Shown here piece by piece: positions 31,700 through 43,370 of a stretch of DNA of 64,000 nt (positions are counted from its first letter, which is position 1; each line of letters begins with the position of its first letter). The translations under genes and the position numbers were made by a program. Below the pieces are notes generated by a model. It saw only the letters and a list, made by a program, of their open reading frames with translations. It made no database searches and was not told the DNA's origin. The DNA lies in NCBI GenBank assembly GCA_963806225.1, contig CAWDXG010000003.1:1-64000 (forward strand), given 5' to 3'. The DNA comes from an uncultured delta proteobacterium (GTDB taxonomy: Bacteria; Myxococcota_A; Polyangia; Polyangiales; Polyangiaceae).

Positions 31700-32406
31700 G
31701 ATGCGCCGTACATCTGCCGTTCGATTTCCTCGACGCGGCGCACGATCACGTCGACCACCTCGTCGATGCCCATCGACGAGCTGTCGATCAGCTCCGCGTC
31801 GTCCGCCTGCTTGAGCGGCGCGACCGGACGCGTGCTGTCGCGGCGATCGCGCTCGATGACCTCGCTCAGCACCTGGTCCAGCACGGCATCCGTCCCCGCG
31901 GCGGTGAGCTCGTCGAAGCGTCGTTGTGCCCGCACGTCGACGCTCGCCGTCAGGAAGAACTTGGCCTCCGCGTCGGGCAGCACGACGGTCCCGATGTCGC
32001 GCCCCTCGAGCACGACGCCGCCGTCCGCTCCGGCCGCGCGCTGCATGTCGAGCAGCGCCCGCCGCACCTCCGGAAGAGCACTGACCTTGCTGGCGCCCTG
32101 CCCGATGTCCTCGGCGCGGATAGCCGTCGAGACGTCGTGGCCTTCGAGCAGCACGCGCTGCTGCGGCCCCTGCCCCGATGCGAACTGGATGGCATCGCGC
32201 GCGGCCAGATCGTGCGCCAGCTCACCCATGGCTCCCTCGTCGCCCCAGTCGATGCCCCGGCGCTGCGCCGCCAGCGCGACACAACGGTACAGCGCGCCGG
32301 TGCCGACCAGCACGTAGCCGAGCCTCTCGGCGACACGGCGCGTGACGGTCGTCTTGCCGGCGCCAGCCGGCCCGTCGATGGCCACGGCGGGCCGCGTGCG
32401 GCTCAC
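31696..32406 (-). CDS. cmk: cytidylate kinase
   Basis: VAIDGPAGAGKTT, TGALYR, VLEGRDIGTVVLPDA, ERDRRDSTR. Confidence 0.95.
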   Translation of the reverse strand: MSRTRPAVAIDGPAGAGKTTVTRRVAERLGYVLVGTGALYRCVALAAQRRGIDWGDEGAMGELAHDLAARDAIQFASGQGPQQRVLLEGHDVSTAIRAEDIGQGASKVSALPEVRRALLDMQRAAGADGGVVLEGRDIGTVVLPDAEAKFFLTASVDVRAQRRFDELTAAGTDAVLDQVLSEVIERDRRDSTRPVAPLKQADDAELIDSSSMGIDEVVDVIVRRVEEIERQMYGAS

Positions 32407-33759
32407 GAGCGCACCTCGACGCGCGCGCCCAGCGCACGGAGCGTCCCGGCGAAACGCGGGAAGCTTGTCGCGATGCAATCCACGTTGTCGATCACGGTCT
32501 CGCCGTCCGCGACCAGACCGAGCACGGCGGCGGTCATCGCGATCCGGTGATCGCCACCGCTGTCGACGTGCGCGGCGCTGAGCCGCCCTTCGCGGCCGTC
32601 CTTCCACCAGGAGACCGTCCTCGCGCTCTTCGGCCTCGACGCCGAAGCGGCGCAGAAGCCCGACCATCAACGCGATGCGGTCGCTCTCCTTGACGCGCAG
32701 CTCCGCCACGTCGGAAAACGCGCTCGTACCCTGCGCGCGCGCTGCAAGCGCGCACGCGATCGGGATCTCGTCGATCGCACGCACCGCCACCTCGCCGCCC
32801 ACCGGGGTGCCGTGGAGCGCGCCGCCCGCGCGCCGTGATCTCGCCCCAGGGCTCGCCCAGCGTCTCGCCCTGCGGCGTGGTCCCGACATTGCCGCCGAAC
32901 AGGCGCAAGAGCTCGAGGATCCCCGCCCGTGTCGGGTTCAGCCCGTGTCGCGCACGGTGACCTGGCTGTCGTCGACCAGCGCCGCCGCCACCAGCAGGAA
33001 TGCCGCCGCGGACAGATCGCCGGGCAGGTCGATCCCGAACGGGTGGATCGCATCGGGATCGGCCGGCGGGTGCAGGCTCACCGTCGGTCCGGCCGTCTCG
33101 ATCGGCATGCCGAGTGCCCTCAGCATGCGTTCGGTGTGATCGCGCGAGACCAGCGGCTCGCGGAGCAGCGTGGGACCCGACGCGAACAACCCGGACAGCA
33201 GCAGCGCACTCTTCACCTGCGCGCTCGCGATGGGCATCGCGTACTCGAGCGGCGCGAGCCGCGTCCCGTCCGGCAGCGGCCCGATCATCGAGCGGCGCGG
33301 TCAGGATCCTGCGGCCGCGTCGGATGCGGCCGGCCTTCGATGATCGCGCCGCGGGCCCGGAGCGGATGCACGACCCGCCCCATCGGCCGCCGCGACAGCG
33401 ACGCATCGCCGACCAGCCGCGTACGGAAATGCTGCGCGGAGAGCACGCCCGAAAGCAGTCGCATCGTGGTGCCCGAGTTGCCGCAGTCGAGGTCGCCCGA
33501 CGGCGCCGACAGTCCGGCAAGCCCGACGCCGTGCACGGCGAGCGTGCCGCGTCCGTCGTCTTCCACCTCGACGCCCATCGCGCGGAACGCCGCGAGCGTG
33601 GAGACGTTGTCCTCGCCGTAGGAGAAGCGGCGGAGCTCCGAACGGCCGGCGCCGAGCGCCGCCAGGATCAGCGCGCGGTGGCTGATGCTCTTGTCGCTGG
33701 GCACCGGCACGCTGCCACGCAGCGGCTTGTCCGCCGGAGCGCACGACCAGCCGCGTCAC
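32403..33759 (-). CDS. aroA: 3-phosphoshikimate 1-carboxyvinyltransferase (frameshifted)
   Basis: DKSISHRA, DCGNSGTTMRL, SAQVKSA, RDHTERML, ELRVKESDRI, DHRIAM. Confidence 0.95.
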
Positions 33760-34806
33760 TGCGTCACTTCCGGGCTGCCGCCGAGCCCGGGGTTCTGGGT
33801 CGCCGGGATGACGTTCGGCTGCGACGGCACACCCAGCGCGGTGGCGGCCTTGTCGAGCAGTTGTCCTACCGCCGCCCCGTCGAGGCCCACGACGAACTGC
33901 GCGTCCTGGCCGTGGGCTTCGGCCTGCAGCTGTTTGATCGGCTGGGTGATGCCGACCAGCTGCATCAGCGGGCCCCACGACTGCAGGGTCTGCTGTAGCT
34001 GGAGCAGGTTCGCCGCGCCGGCCTTGGCGCCCTTCTCGTCAGCGTAGGTCAGCGTGCCCGGCGAGGTTCACACCCGGCGGCTGGAAGTTGCCGAGCATGC
34101 GTGCCGTCTCCATGCCCTCGAGGAAGGGCAGCTGCTGCCGCATGGCGTCGGTCACCGGATGCGTGCGCAGATCGAAGCCGGCAACGAACGGCGCGTTCGG
34201 CGTGTCCAGGAGCTTCTTGAACCAGTCGGGCATCTGCTGGGAGACGCGCCCTTCCTGGATGCGGTCGAGCGCCCGACGGATGCCGGTCTCGTCGCCGAGC
34301 AGGACCGTGTGCGACGTCAGCACCACGAAGCCCACCGTGGCCGACGTGTACAGCGTCCGTCCCGCGTAGTTGCTTGCCGTCACCGGCAGCCCGAGCGGCG
34401 TCTTGGCGGTACCGCTGGCGGCTCTGCTCGATGGCCTGCTGGTTGAAAGTCCCGGTCGCCACCGCGACCATGTTCGCACCCGACATGGAGTACGCGCCGA
34501 TGGCCAGCTGCTGGAGGTCCCGCTGCTGGCTCGAAGCCCGCCGAGGCGGGAAACGGCGCCCGCGCCTTGGCGATCTCCAGCAGCTTCTGGCCGAACGGCG
34601 ACGCGAACATCTGCTGGGCGTCGGACCACGACCAGGGCGACGGCTCCGCCGGGCAGCAGCGCCAGCGGATCGCGGTCGATGTCGGCCGCGGTGAGGCCCT
34701 TGCCCGCGGAGGTCTGGACGACGACCTCGTCCTTCTTCGGACAGCCCCCGAGCACCAGCGCCAGCGCGACCAGCAGCAAGAGCGGGATGCGCCGGGGAAC
34801 GTTCAC
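33756..34806 (-). CDS. hypothetical lipoprotein (frameshifted)
   Basis: LLLLVALALVLGGC lipobox, DPLALLPGGA. Coding-like segments continue to ...GSPEVTQ*. Confidence 0.65.
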
Positions 34807-35890
34807 CGCGAGCACCTCGCCGAGCGCTTCGAGCATCCGTGTGTTCTCCTCGGGGCGGCCCACGGTGATGCGCAGGCACGTCTCGAGCGGCCCGAGCGGC
34901 CGCACGATGACGCCCCTGCGAAGCATCTTGTCGTACACGTCGCGCGCCGAGCGGCCCACGTCCACGAATACGAAATTCGCCTGGCTGGGAGCGACGTTCA
35001 CGCCCGGCATCGCCCCCAGCGCCTCGAGCAGTCGCGCGCGCTCGCTCTGGTTGATGCGGCGGCTCCGCTCGACGTGCTCGTGGTCGTCGAGCGCCGCCAT
35101 GGCCGCGGCCTGGCCGACGGCGTTGACGTTGAAGGGTGCGCGCACGCGGTTCATGTAGTCGATGAGCTGCGCCGGCCCGACCGCGAAGCCCACGCGCAGC
35201 GCCGCCATGCCGTAGATTTTGGAGAAGGTGCGGAGCACGACCAGCCGTTCACGCAGCCCCCGGAGCTCCAGCGAATCCGGGTAGTCGTCGGCGTCGGCGT
35301 ACTCGATGTACGCCTCGTCCATCACGATGATGACCTCCGGCGGCACCTCGCGGAACAGTTTCTCCACGGCGGCGCGCCCCACATGCGTCCCGGTGGGATT
35401 GTTCGGGTTGGCCACGAACAGAAGCCGCGTCTCCGGCCGCACCGCGGCCGCCATGGCGTCCAGATCGTGCGTGAGGTCGCGCAGTGGCACCGCCGTAGAA
35501 CGGCGTGCCGTGCGCCAGTCGCCGCCATCCTGTAGACGACGAAGGCGGGCTCGGCGAACACGATGTGCTCGGCAGGCGTGGTGAACGTGCGCACCAACAG
35601 CTCGATCAGCTCGTTGGAGCCGTTGCCCTGGATCACCTCGTTCATCGCCACGCCGTGCACCTGGGCGAGCTTCTCGCGCAGGCGGTATGCCGCAGCGTCC
35701 GGGTAGCGGTTGAGCTCGGCCGCAGCGATGCGCGCACGGCCTCGACCGCCTTCGGACTCGGCCCAAGCGGATTCTCGTTGGAAGCGAGCTTCACGGCGTC
35801 GGTGACGCCGAGCTCACGGGCCAGCTCCTCGACAGGCTTGCCGGCCTCGTAGGCACGCAGCGAGTCGATCCCGGGGGTGACTAGACTCAT
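34803..35890 (-). CDS. hisC: histidinol-phosphate aminotransferase (frameshifted)
   Basis: [53 protein letters not shown]. Confidence 0.95.
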
Positions 35891-35958
35891 GTCGCCGCGA
35901 AGCCTAGCTCGCGACAGACAAACGGAAAACCCAACCCTGGATGGCCGCGGGAAACGGA

Positions 35959-37033
35959 CTAGTCCTGGGTCTGGAACGAGCCCAGGACCTTCAGGTATTT
36001 CGTCGAGCGTTTGACCGCCTCGAGCGCCGTGACGACCGGCCGATCCGTGACGTGCCCGCTGACCTCGACGTAGAACACGTAGTCCCAGCTCTCGCCGCGC
36101 ACGGGGCGCGACTGCAGCTTCTTCAGGTTGATGCCGCGCTCGGCGAAGTGCCTGAGAACGTCGAACAGCGAGCCCGGCGAATCGTCAACGCTGAACAGGA
36201 GACAGGTCGTGTCGTTTCCCGAGCGGATCGCGGGGCGTCCGCTGGCGATGCCGTAACGGAAGCGGAGCTCGGGGGAGTCGCCGATATTCGAGCGCACCAC
36301 CTGGAGGTCGCCCGCACGCCCGCAGGCTTCCGGCACGATCGCCGCCGCGCCGTGATCCTCCCTGGCCAGCTGCGCGGCCACAACGGGAGAGCGAACATCG
36401 ATCACGGTGATCCGGCCCATTTCCGCTTGCCAGGAATCGCTCGCTGGCGGCGTGCGCGGCCGCCGTGGCGTACACCTTGTCGATGTCGGCGACGTTGGCC
36501 GTGCGGCTCATCAGGTCGAGCGTTGCTGGCAGCACACGCTCGGCGACGAACACCAGCTCCGTCTGGGCCAGCGCCGTAATCGAAGGCTGGACCAGCCCGT
36601 CCACCGAGGATTCGAACGGGAGCACCGCGAACACCGCGCGCCCGCGCGACACTTCTTCCAGCGCTTCGCCCGCAGTCGAGCTCACCACCAACGCAGCCGA
36701 CGCTCCGAAATAGCTACGCGCCATCTCGTAGGTGAAGCCGCCCTCGGGCCCCAGATAGGCCACGCGCACCGGCTGCTCGAGCGTGCGCGCTTCGGCACGG
36801 ATCTGGCGGAAGATGGCCTTCAGGCTCTCCGGCGGCAGCTCCCCTTTGGCGGACGCCTGGAGCTTTTCCAGCCACTCGGCCTCGTCGATATCGATCGACG
36901 GCGGCGAGCCCTCCAGACGAACCTGGATCTCGCGCGACAGCTGCGCTCGCGCCTCCAGCTGTTGGACCAGCTCGAGGTCGATCTGCTCGGTTTTCTGGCG
37001 AAGCTCCGCGAGCTCGCGCTGCTCGTCTGCCAT
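35959..37033 (-). CDS. pheA: chorismate mutase / prephenate dehydratase (frameshifted)
   Basis: N-terminal CM helix, [19 protein letters not shown] domain [10 protein letters not shown]...[10 protein letters not shown]. Some PDT motifs are divergent. Confidence 0.85.
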
Positions 37034-37053
37034 GTCGTCCCGCCCGGCCGTCG

Positions 37054-37374
37054 CTACGCTGCGGCCGCTCCGGACTTGTTCTTCGTTTCCGTCTTCTTCG
37101 CCGGCTCGCTGGCTTTCGGCTCGCTGGCTTTCGGCTCGCCGGCTTTCGGCGTGCTGGCCTTCGGCTTGCTCTCGCTCGAACCCGCGCTCTTGTTCGAGCC
37201 GTAGCCGTCCGCATACCAACCCCCGCCCTTGAGGATGAAGCCCGCGCCTCCGGAGACCTGGCGCTTGGCCTTGTTCCTCTTGCAGGACGGGCACTTCTTC
37301 AGCGGATCGGCGCTGATGGGCTGTTCCGCTTCCCACTCATGTCCACAAGCGGTGCAAACGTACTCGTATGTCAT
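37054..37374 (-). CDS. FmdB-family zinc-ribbon protein
   Basis: YEYVCTACGH...CPSC...FILKGGGWYADGY. Confidence 0.88.
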   Translation of the reverse strand: MTYEYVCTACGHEWEAEQPISADPLKKCPSCKRNKAKRQVSGGAGFILKGGGWYADGYGSNKSAGSSESKPKASTPKAGEPKASEPKASEPAKKTETKNKSGAAAA

Positions 37375-37741
37375 CTGGGGGACCTCACTCCTGGCAGATG
37401 CGTCGGGGGACGCGGGGTGTCAACTGCCGTCGCCCCCGCCGGGGCATGGATCTTGTCCTATCTGGAGTGTGCGCCACTTGTTCGCAGGTTTCCAGTAGTT
37501 CGCATCGAGGCCGCTGACCGGCCTCATGGCCGGTCAGCGCGCTGGCGAGGCTCTTCGCTGGCCGATTTGTGGCCTCGGCGCTTGTAAGCGCGCGTTCAGC
37601 GGTGTACGAGTGTGCAGATACGGGGTGTGACCATACAACACGTGTGGTGACGCTAGCTCCGGACTCCGCTGCACAGGCGAGCGCCGAGGCCCTACGCTGC
37701 TATTCCAAGGCAGACCGGGCCCGGTCGTCGAGGACATATCG

Positions 37742-40700
37742 ATGCACATCAAGAAGCTGGAGATCGCCGGATTCAAGTCCTTTGTGGACCGCACGGTGAT
37801 CCACTTCGATCACGACGTGGTGGGCGTGGTCGGGCCCAACGGCTGCGGCAAGTCGAACATCGTGGATGCCATCCGCTGGTGCATGGGCGAGCAGAGCGCC
37901 AAGCACCTGCGCGGCAGGTCGATGGAGGACGTCATCTTCAACGGCTCCGAGAGCCGCGGCCCGCACGGCCTGGCGGAGGTGACGCTCACCTTCGACAACA
38001 CCGACGCGGCCTACGCCGAAACCCTGCCGCCCGAGTACAAGGACTACGCCGAGATCGCCGTCACCCGCCGGCTATTCCGCGACGGGACCAGCGAGTACCT
38101 CATCAACAAGACGCAGGTGCGCCTGCGCGACGTGACGGAGCTGTTCCTCGGTACCGGCGTCGGGACCAAGGCGTATTCCATCGTCGAGCAGGGCCGCATC
38201 GGACAGATCGTCAGCGCGCGCGCCGAGGATCGCCGGATGTTCCTCGAGGAAGCGGCCGGCATCACCAAGTACAAGCAGCGCCGCAAGCAGGCCGAGCGCA
38301 AGATGGACCTAACGCGGCAGAATCTGCTGCGCATCAACGACATCGTCGTCGGAGATCGACCGCACGCGCGGCTCGCTAAAGCGGCAGGTCGCCAAGGCGG
38401 AGCGCTTCCTCCTGTATCGCAGCGAGCTCGAGGATCTCGCGCTGCACGAGGCTTCGCACAAACTGCTCGAGCTGATCGTCACCGAGCGCGTCGAGCACGA
38501 CGGCCTGGCCACGTCACGCGAACAGGCCGACGCCTTCCGTGCCAGGCTGTCGGAATCCGAAACGGCGCTGGACACCGCGCGCGGCGAAGCCACCGCCATC
38601 GAGGAGCGGGCCGAACAGGCCTCCCGCGAAGCCTTCGAGGCGGACAACGAGGTGAGCGGCCTCGCCGCGGAAATCGAGCGTTCACGTGATCGCCTCGGGC
38701 ACCTGTCGGAACGACTCGCAGCCGACCAGGAGGAGCTCGAAAAGGTCGTCGGCCGCATCACCGAGTTGCGCCAAGAGGAAGTCGACATCGCCGCGCGCAT
38801 CGAGCAACTCGCCGGCGACGAACGCGCACGGCAGGCGGACGCCGAGACCGAGGACGAAACCCTCGCCGCGCTGCGCTCGGAAGAAGAGGAGGCCGCCGCG
38901 AAGGTGCAGGAGCTCCGACAGAAGCTCTCGTCGGACCGCACCCAGGCCGCCGCGGTGGAAGCGCGGATCGACGGCATGTCCCAGCGCATCCGCGAGGCCC
39001 GCTCGCGGCGCGATCGCCTCGGCGACGAGCGCCAGACGCTGCTGGGCGAGCTCGGCGATCTCGAGGCGCGCAAGCACGCCCTGGAGCGCAGCGTGGCCGA
39101 GCTGGCCGAGGGCAAGCGCCTCACGGCCCAGGAGCGCGAAGCGCTGGAGCAGGAGATGCACGAGCTGCGCAGCCACCAGCTGGACAGCGAACGTGCCGTC
39201 GATGTTGCGAAAAACGAGCTCTCGCTCAAACGCAACCGCCTGCGCGCGTTGGAAGATCTGCACCGCCGTCTCGAAGGTGTGGGCGCGGGCGTCCGCGCGC
39301 TGCTGTCGCGCAGCGATCCTTCCGTGCTCGGCATGGTCGCAGACCGCATCGAGGCGCCCGAAGAGCTCACAGCCGCATTTGCCGGCTTGCTGGGCGAGCG
39401 GCTGCAGTACGTGGTGGTGGACAGCACCGCCCGGGGCGTGGAGCTGCTCGACGAGCTCCGGAAGAACGAACGCGGACGCGCGCACATCGTCCAGCAGCGG
39501 CCGCCGTACATTGCGGGCGCAGATCGCGCCGGCGCCGCGCACGAGCTGTCGCTCGGACGGCTCGCCGATCGACTGGAATATGCCGCGGAGGACGAAGCGC
39601 TGGTGCGCGCACTCATTGGTGACGCGCTCCTGGTGGAATCGGCCGAGGATGCGCTCGCGCTGGCGACCGCGCGCCCGGGAGTCACGGCCATCGCGCTCGA
39701 CGGCACCGTGGTCCGACCCGACGGCGTGGTCAGCGGCGGCAGCGGCGACGACGTGGCCTCCGCCATGGTCGAGCAGAAGCGCGAGATGCGCACGCTGGGC
39801 GACGAGGTCGAACGCCTAGCCGCACGCGAAGTCCAGTGCGTCGCCGAGCACAATGCCCTCCGCGCGCGGATGACGGAGGTGGGCACGGCGCTGGATCGCG
39901 CGCGCCAGGGTGCGCACGAGGGTGAGCTCGCCCACGTAACTGCGGAGAAGGATCTCGCGCGCACGGCCAGCGATATCGAGCGCGCCGAAGCACGCCGGCG
40001 CACGCTGGACGCCGAGCTGGCCGAGCTCGAACAGCTGCTGGACAATGCCGCCGAGGAAGAACACCAGTCGCAGATCCAGCTCGACGAGCTGTCCCAGCAT
40101 CTGGACCACGTCGGTCACGAGCTCGCCCGCGCGGAAGAGGACGCCGCTTCACGCAAGGAGCGCGCCGAAGCGCAGGCCGCCCTGGTCACCGAGCGCAAGG
40201 TGCGTCTGGCGCAGGTGCGCGAGCAGGTCGAAGCCGCGCGCGAGGCCGGCGAACGCGTCGCCGCGGCCATCGCCGAGCTCGGCGCGCGTTCGGAGCGGCT
40301 CGAAGAGGAGATGCACGAGGCGGCGACGGGTTTCGGCGAGACCGCCGCGCAGCATCGTCCTGGCACGCGAAGCCCGTATCGGCGCGGCGACCACGGCACA
40401 GGCAGCGCACCAGAGGCTCGCCGAGGAGCGCCAGCTGCTCGAGCAGGTGCGTCACGCGCTCGGTACCCGCGAGGCGGAGCTCCGGGAGCTGCGGGACGAG
40501 CTTTCGGCCCTCGACGAGCGCGTCCGCAAGCACGAGATGGCGCTGCAGCGGATCGAGCTCGAGCGCGACCACCTGATCTCCAACGTGCGCGAGCGTTTCC
40601 GCGGCCTGCATCTGCCGCGCGTGGTCGGGGACTACCATGCCCGGCCCGCTCCGGATGCCGAGCACCGCCGGCGCATCGAAGAGCTGACGCAGCTCATCGA

Positions 40701-41385
40701 TCGCATGGGGCCAGTCAATCTCGACGCCAGCGGCGAGTACCAGGACGCGGAACGCCGCTTCCACGAGCTCAACGACCAGAAGGTCGACATCGAGAAGGCG
40801 CTCGAGGAGCTCGACCGCGCCATCAAGCACATGGATCGCGAGTCGCGCAGGCGCTTCAAGGAAACCTTCGAATCGGTCAACGAGCTGTTCCGCAAGACCT
40901 TCGTGAAGCTCTTCCGCGGCGGACGCGCCGAGCTCAGGCTGACCAATCCGGAGGACCTGCTGGCAAGCGGCGTGGAAATCGTGGCGCAGCCGCCCGGCAA
41001 GAACCTCGGCAACATCGAGCTCATGAGCGGCGGCGAGAAGGCGCTGACGGCCGTCAGCCTGATCTTCGCGATCTTCCAGCACCGGCCTTCGCCCTTCTGC
41101 GTGCTCGACGAGGTCGACGCGCCCCTCGACGAGGCCAATGTCGCCCGCTACAACGAAGCGATCCGCGGCATGACGGATCGTTCGCAGTTCATCCTGATCA
41201 CGCACATCAAGAAGACGATGCAGATGGTGGACGTGCTCTACGGCGTCACCATGGGCGAGCCGGGCGTGTCGCGTATCGTCAGCGTCAAGGTGAACGAGAA
41301 CGCCGTGTCCCGCAGCGAAAGCCGGCCGCACCGCGAGATGGAAGCACCGGCAACCGCCGACGAGCAGAGCACGCAGGTCGCGTAG
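37742..41385 (+). CDS. smc: chromosome segregation protein SMC (frameshifts near 38350 and 40350)
   Basis: GFKSF, GPNGCGKSN, coiled coils, hinge, MSGGEK, LDEVDAPLD, FILITH. Confidence 0.97.
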
Positions 41386-41417
41386 CCGCGCGCTCGCGCT
41401 CCCCTCGATCGGCCCAC

Positions 41418-41948
41418 ATCGGCATAGGGGCCCGAGGTAATCCCTCGGGACCCCTGCCACACCACCCGGCATGCGCGTCCGCACCGGGCGGTTCGAGGAG
41501 TTGAGGTCACGCGGCGAGCCGGGGGACGCCCAGCTCGTCGAAGTAGCGGATGGGGAAAGCGATGTGGATAGCCATCGCGGAGTTCTTCCACCAGCGCCGG
41601 CCGTTGACCGCCACCTGTGCAGCTACGCGCACGGAGAGACCCCGAGCCCGCAGTTCGCGAATGCTCCAGGTCCACGTCCACCACCCACTTGCGACCGGCC
41701 TGGACGTGCCGCTGCGCTTCGACGACAGCGTCGTGCGCACGGTGACCGGGCCGGAAGCCGTGGCTGTGCTTCGAGAAGTCCGTGCCCGCCGCCGCCTCGG
41801 ATCCGGTTCTTGTATATCGGCCCGCGGTTTCGCTCCCCGCTTCCTTCCCACGGTCGGTCGCCCTCCCGCAGTTGCGGTTCGCTTCGATCGGGATAACCGC
41901 CTCTCGGCCGGACTTCCACCGGCAAGACAGCGCCCATGCTGGGCGCAC
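41418..41948 (-). mobile_element. group IIC intron, internally deleted (531 nt)
   Basis: 5' end GTGCGCCCAGCATGGGCG. DV GAACCGCCCGGTGCGGACGCGCATGCCGGGTGGTGTGG. DVI and 3' end CCCCTATGCCGAT. Contains IEP fragments. Confidence 0.9.
41507..41780 (-). pseudogene. fragments of group II intron reverse transcriptase/maturase
   Basis: FSKHSHGFRPGHRAHDAV...WVVDVDLE (RT2a-3) joined out of frame to the maturase tail RELRARG...RRWWKNS...YFDELGVPRLAA*. No YADD motif. Confidence 0.88.
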
Positions 41949-41984
41949 AAACAACAACGCCCGGACCGCAAGGCCCGGGCGTTG
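41949..41984 (-). terminator. intrinsic terminator of the MYXO-CTERM gene (intron target)
   Basis: CAACGCCCGGGCC-TTGC-GGTCCGGGCGTTG followed by TTGTTT, immediately before the intron's GTGCG. Confidence 0.85.
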
Positions 41985-42032
41985 CTGCGACAATCGGAGC
42001 GCGCCCTTGCGGCGCGCTCCGTGCACTGCGCC

Positions 42033-43370
42033 TCAGCGCTTGTCGCGACGACGACGCTGGAGCAGGATCGCGCCCGCCGCCAGCCCCAGGAACGCGAGGC
42101 CACCGCCCGGGCTACGCGAGTTACCCGGAGTGCTGCACCCGCAACCGCCCGTGTCCTTCGAACCCGAGGGCGTCGTGCCGCCGCCGTCGTAGCCGCCATC
42201 CACGGCGCCGCCGCTGCCGCCGAAGCCGCTACCGCCGGTGCCTGCCCCGCCGCCGGTGCCTGCCCCGCCGCCGGTGCCTGCCCCGCCGCCGGTGCCTGCC
42301 CCGCCGCCGGTGCCAGCCGTGCCGCCGGCTCCAGCCGTGCCGCCGGCTCCAGCCGTGCCGCCGGCTCCAGCCGTGCCGCCGGCTCCAGCCGTGCCGCCGG
42401 TTCCAGCCGTGCCGCCGGTTCCAGCCGTGCCGCCGGTTCCAGCCGTGCCGCCGGTTCCAGCCGTGCCGCCGGTTCCGCCGGTTCCAGCCGTGCCGCCGGT
42501 TCCAGCCGTGCCGCCGGTTCCAGCCGTGCCGCCGGTTCCAGCCGTGCCGCCGGTTCCAGCCGTGCCGCCGGTTCCAGCCGTGCCGCCGGTTCCGCCGGTT
42601 CCAGCCGTGCCGCCGGTTCCAGCCGTGCCGCCGGTTCCAGCCGTGCCGCCGGTGCCAGCCGTGCCGCCAGTGCCCGCGCCACCGTCCGTGGACGTCGAGC
42701 ACGGGTTCGCCGCGCGCAGTGTGGCGTCAGCTGCGTTGGCCAGCTCGAAGTGGTCGGTGCACCAGATGTTGACCATGTTGGGCGCGTTGTTGTCCTCGGT
42801 CTGGACGTCGACCGGCGTGAGCCCGGTGGGCAGACAGGCGGTGGTGCCCTCATAGGTCGCAGCGAGCGTCGCGGTGTCGCTCATGTCGTAGAACGCCAGA
42901 CCGTCGGGGTTGGTGCCGCCGTTCTGGATCCAGCCACCACCTCCCATGGTCATCTCGACATTGCAGGTTTCGCCGCTCGCGGTGGAATCGCAGATCTCGA
43001 TGTAGCCGTCCGATGGGATCGCGACCGTGTCAAGCGGGATGGTGGCGTAGACTTCGCCGCCATCGCACGTGGTATGGCTGCCGTTGATGAGCTGGATGTC
43101 CTTCAACCCGCAGTCACCGAGCTTGTCGCCCGAGCTGAAGCCAGAGGCCTTGAGCTCGATGACTTCGCGCGAATCGGCGTTCACCTGGTCGTAGTCGAGC
43201 TTCGTCCACTCCACCGTGCACGAGCCGGCACTCGCCACCTGCACGTGCTGCGAGGTGGACCCGACACTTTCCGTGGTGTGCTCGCTCGAGCAGGCGGTAG
43301 TGCCTGCACCGAGAGCGATCGCGCAGGGAGCCACCAGCAGCGCCATCCTCCAGATATTCCTGTTCATCAT
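42033..43370 (-). CDS. MYXO-CTERM surface protein with lamin-tail-like domain and GGTAGT linker
   Basis: Signal peptide, LDYDQ...EVIEL and IQNGG..DGLA (LTD-like), C-terminal GGCGC...TM...RRRR. Confidence 0.85.
   Translation of the reverse strand: MMNRNIWRMALLVAPCAIALGAGTTACSSEHTTESVGSTSQHVQVASAGSCTVEWTKLDYDQVNADSREVIELKASGFSSGDKLGDCGLKDIQLINGSHTTCDGGEVYATIPLDTVAIPSDGYIEICDSTASGETCNVEMTMGGGGWIQNGGTNPDGLAFYDMSDTATLAATYEGTTACLPTGLTPVDVQTEDNNAPNMVNIWCTDHFELANAADATLRAANPCSTSTDGGAGTGGTAGTGGTAGTGGTAGTGGTAGTGGTGGTAGTGGTAGTGGTAGTGGTAGTGGTAGTGGTAGTGGTGGTAGTGGTAGTGGTAGTGGTAGTGGTAGAGGTAGAGGTAGAGGTAGAGGTAGTGGGAGTGGGAGTGGGAGTGGGAGTGGSGFGGSGGAVDGGYDGGGTTPSGSKDTGGCGCSTPGNSRSPGGGLAFLGLAAGAILLQRRRRDKR
42229..42680. 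repeat. coding 18-bp tandem repeat (GGTAGT/GGTAGA/GGGAGT)
   Basis: Unit gccgccggttccagccgt repeated more than 20 times in variant blocks, encoding a Gly/Thr linker. Confidence 0.95.

Noticed and set aside
34039..35766. Apparent HisC-lipoprotein fusion
   Set aside because: An internal signal peptide/lipobox follows the normal HisC end. One extra base at GCGGTGAAC would mask a GTGA stop/start overlap, so it is likely an indel artefact.
41507..41780. Retron, DGR or other functional reverse transcriptase
   Set aside because: Only short RT and maturase fragments are present, with no YADD, and they are enclosed by group IIC intron ends.
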